NCBI GenBank assembly: GCA_963710605.1
Contig: CAVQBA010000002.1
Coordinates: 160,001 to 224,000 of the forward strand
Direction of reading: 5' to 3'
Length of the DNA stretch: 64,000 bases
From: an uncultured cyanobacterium
GTDB taxonomy: Bacteria > Cyanobacteriota > Cyanobacteriia > Cyanobacteriales > Cyanobacteriaceae
A model generated the notes under the pieces. It saw nothing but the letters and a program-made list of their open reading frames with translations. It was not told the origin of the DNA and did no database searches. Below are positions 62,494 through 64,000 of the stretch, one piece after another (the first letter of the stretch is position 1; the number at the start of each line of letters is the position of its first letter). The position numbers and the translations under genes are program-made.

Positions 62494-63294
62494 ATGATTT
62501 GGCTTATTGGTGGTACTTCAGAAAGCGTTATTATAGCTCAATTGATCGTTGAGTGTCGTCTCGGTTTTGTGGTGTCGGTAACTACCGCAAATGCCCGTCA
62601 TCTCTACGATCGTTTTGATAGTAGTGAGTTTTCTTCTATTTTTGTTGGCAAACTGACTGATTTAACTATACCTGTTTTTTTACAAAAGTATCACATTACT
62701 AAGGTGATTGATTGCTCTCATCCGTTTGCTCGTAACATTTCTCAATCTGTGATTGACATTTGTCGCTCTTTGTGCATCAGTTATTTAAGATTTGAGCGTA
62801 AAACTGTTTCCCCCACAACTAACAGTTTAGTAACTCAGGTGTCATCATTAGAAACTTTAGTAACTGATAATTCTCCTTTAGCCAATAAAAGAGTGTTACT
62901 CACGATCGGGGCTAAGAATTTGTTTATCTTTAAAGATTATCACGATCGATCTTCTCTTTATGCCCGTATTTTACCTTACCCAGAATCATTAGATTTAGCC
63001 TATCAAGCAGGTTTTGGCTGTTCACAAATTATTGCCATCCGTCCACCTTTTACGCCCGAATTTGAACAAGCCTTATGGCAATTATGGCAGATAGAAGTGG
63101 TGGTAACTAAAGCAGGAGGCAAAGCAGGAGGAGAAGACATCAAATATCAAGTAGCCCAACAATTAAATATACCGTTGATTGTGATCGATCGTCCCGATAT
63201 AATTTATCCTCAACTAACTAATTGCTTAAATCAGGTGCAAGAATTTATTTCTAGTTCCCCCTTACAAAGGGGGCTAGGGGGATTGTACTTATAA
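62494..63294 (+). CDS. cobK: Cobalt-precorrin-6A reductase
   Basis: IWLIGGTSES, ID.SHPFA, YLRFER, ARILP, VVTKAGG.AGG..K. Confidence 0.9.
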   Translation: MIWLIGGTSESVIIAQLIVECRLGFVVSVTTANARHLYDRFDSSEFSSIFVGKLTDLTIPVFLQKYHITKVIDCSHPFARNISQSVIDICRSLCISYLRFERKTVSPTTNSLVTQVSSLETLVTDNSPLANKRVLLTIGAKNLFIFKDYHDRSSLYARILPYPESLDLAYQAGFGCSQIIAIRPPFTPEFEQALWQLWQIEVVVTKAGGKAGGEDIKYQVAQQLNIPLIVIDRPDIIYPQLTNCLNQVQEFISSSPLQRGLGGLYL

Positions 63295-63474
63295 AGGGAG
63301 TTATAAAATAGTATTTAGAGAATGTTCCCTCCTTTGAAGGAGGGGTTAGAGGAGGTCTAAACGTTTTAAATAACTCGCTTTTTGCTATACCTGATTAGAC
63401 AAAAATAAAATAATAGCGTTTCCTGTAATTACTCTAAATTAAAGTCCCCCTTTCAAAGGGGGATTTAGGGGGAT
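63256..63474. repeat. Cluster of three REP-like CCCCCTT-N-AAGGGGG hairpin repeats
   Basis: 63256-63283, 63325-63356, 63443-63474; family also at ~3563, 7740, 9685, 10729, 12487, 16103, 20978, 21562, 41853, 47750, 56178. Confidence 0.8.
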
Positions 63475-63589
63475 TATCAAGCTATATCAAAAAATATCAT
63501 AAAAAAATACAATCTTCAAAACCTTATCAGATAATGAATTTACTATTTTTGAGCAATTAACTTAAAAAATTTTTTAAATAAAGTGATAG

Positions 63590-63611
63590 GTTTTTTATTT
63601 GTGCTGGGTAA
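63590..63611 (+). promoter_or_regulatory. SigF-type promoter of the pilin gene
   Basis: GTTT-N12-GGGTAA about 60 nt upstream of the pilin ATG. Confidence 0.6.
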
Positions 63612-63671
63612 TGTGTTTATAGAGAGAAAAAAAGAATTTTTAAATTAAATAAACCACTGGAGCAAAAACCC

Positions 63672-64000
63672 ATGAAACCTGAAGTAACTTTAAAATATTT
63701 AGCCTACGTCCGTAACAAGAAAAAACAAACAGGCGAAGAAGGTTTTACCTTAATCGAACTATTAGTTGTTGTAATCATTATCGGTGTACTCGCCGCCGTT
63801 GCCTTACCTAACCTCTTAAGCCAAGTAGGTAAAGCTCGTGAAACTGAACTAAAAAACTTTGTCGGTACAACTATTCGCTCAGAACAAGCATACCACTTCG
63901 AGCGTCAAACCTTTACAACATCTTTAGCAAACTTAGGTGTTACCTACGACAGTCAATACATCACAGGAGAAGGTATAACCGCATCTGCAACTGCTGCAAC
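63672..64000 (+). CDS. pilA: Type IV major pilin (partial, runs off window end)
   Basis: Manual translation MKPEVTLKYLAYVRNKKKQTGEEG|FTLIELLVVVIIIGVLAAVALPNLLSQVGKARETE; class III prepilin cleavage motif. Confidence 0.9.
   Translation, partial: MKPEVTLKYLAYVRNKKKQTGEEGFTLIELLVVVIIIGVLAAVALPNLLSQVGKARETELKNFVGTTIRSEQAYHFERQTFTTSLANLGVTYDSQYITGEGITASATAA

Noticed and set aside
1-64000. Very frequent CGATCG/GCGATCGC sites
   Set aside because: Known HIP1 over-representation in cyanobacteria

Overview
AT-rich cyanobacterial chromosome segment (Cyanobacterium/Geminocystis-like by inference: dense HIP1-type CGATCG sites, ndhF4/ndhD4, petE, sigF, cyanobacterial rpoZ and SRP RNA). It is mostly housekeeping genes (hisA, trmL, dacB, rlmD, tldD, larB, rimM, murC/murB, cobK, pilin). 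These are interrupted by small accessory modules: three type II toxin-antitoxin pairs, an HNH two-gene module, an orphan Pol-beta nucleotidyltransferase, and a ~41.8-49 kb patch. That patch holds a diverged duplicate of a response-regulator 3' end, MITEs inserted into REP-like hairpins, an uncharacterised three-gene operon (TIGR04255 + HTH + MazF/PemK-like motif protein) and a 4x42-bp tandem repeat. Best candidates for new biology: (1) the TIGR04255 tripartite operon; (2) a large SdrD-B repeat protein whose N-terminal domain carries Cys-Gln thioester-domain motifs; (3) a PilP-like lipoprotein next to sigF plus three GTTT-N12-GGGTAW promoters; (4) REP-targeting CAGGG-ended MITEs. A Yfr2-like sRNA and the SRP RNA are visible. 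Seven genes carry single-base frameshifts that are probably sequencing or assembly errors. No CRISPR array, rRNA or tRNA was seen. All family assignments come from motif recognition by eye, not database searches.
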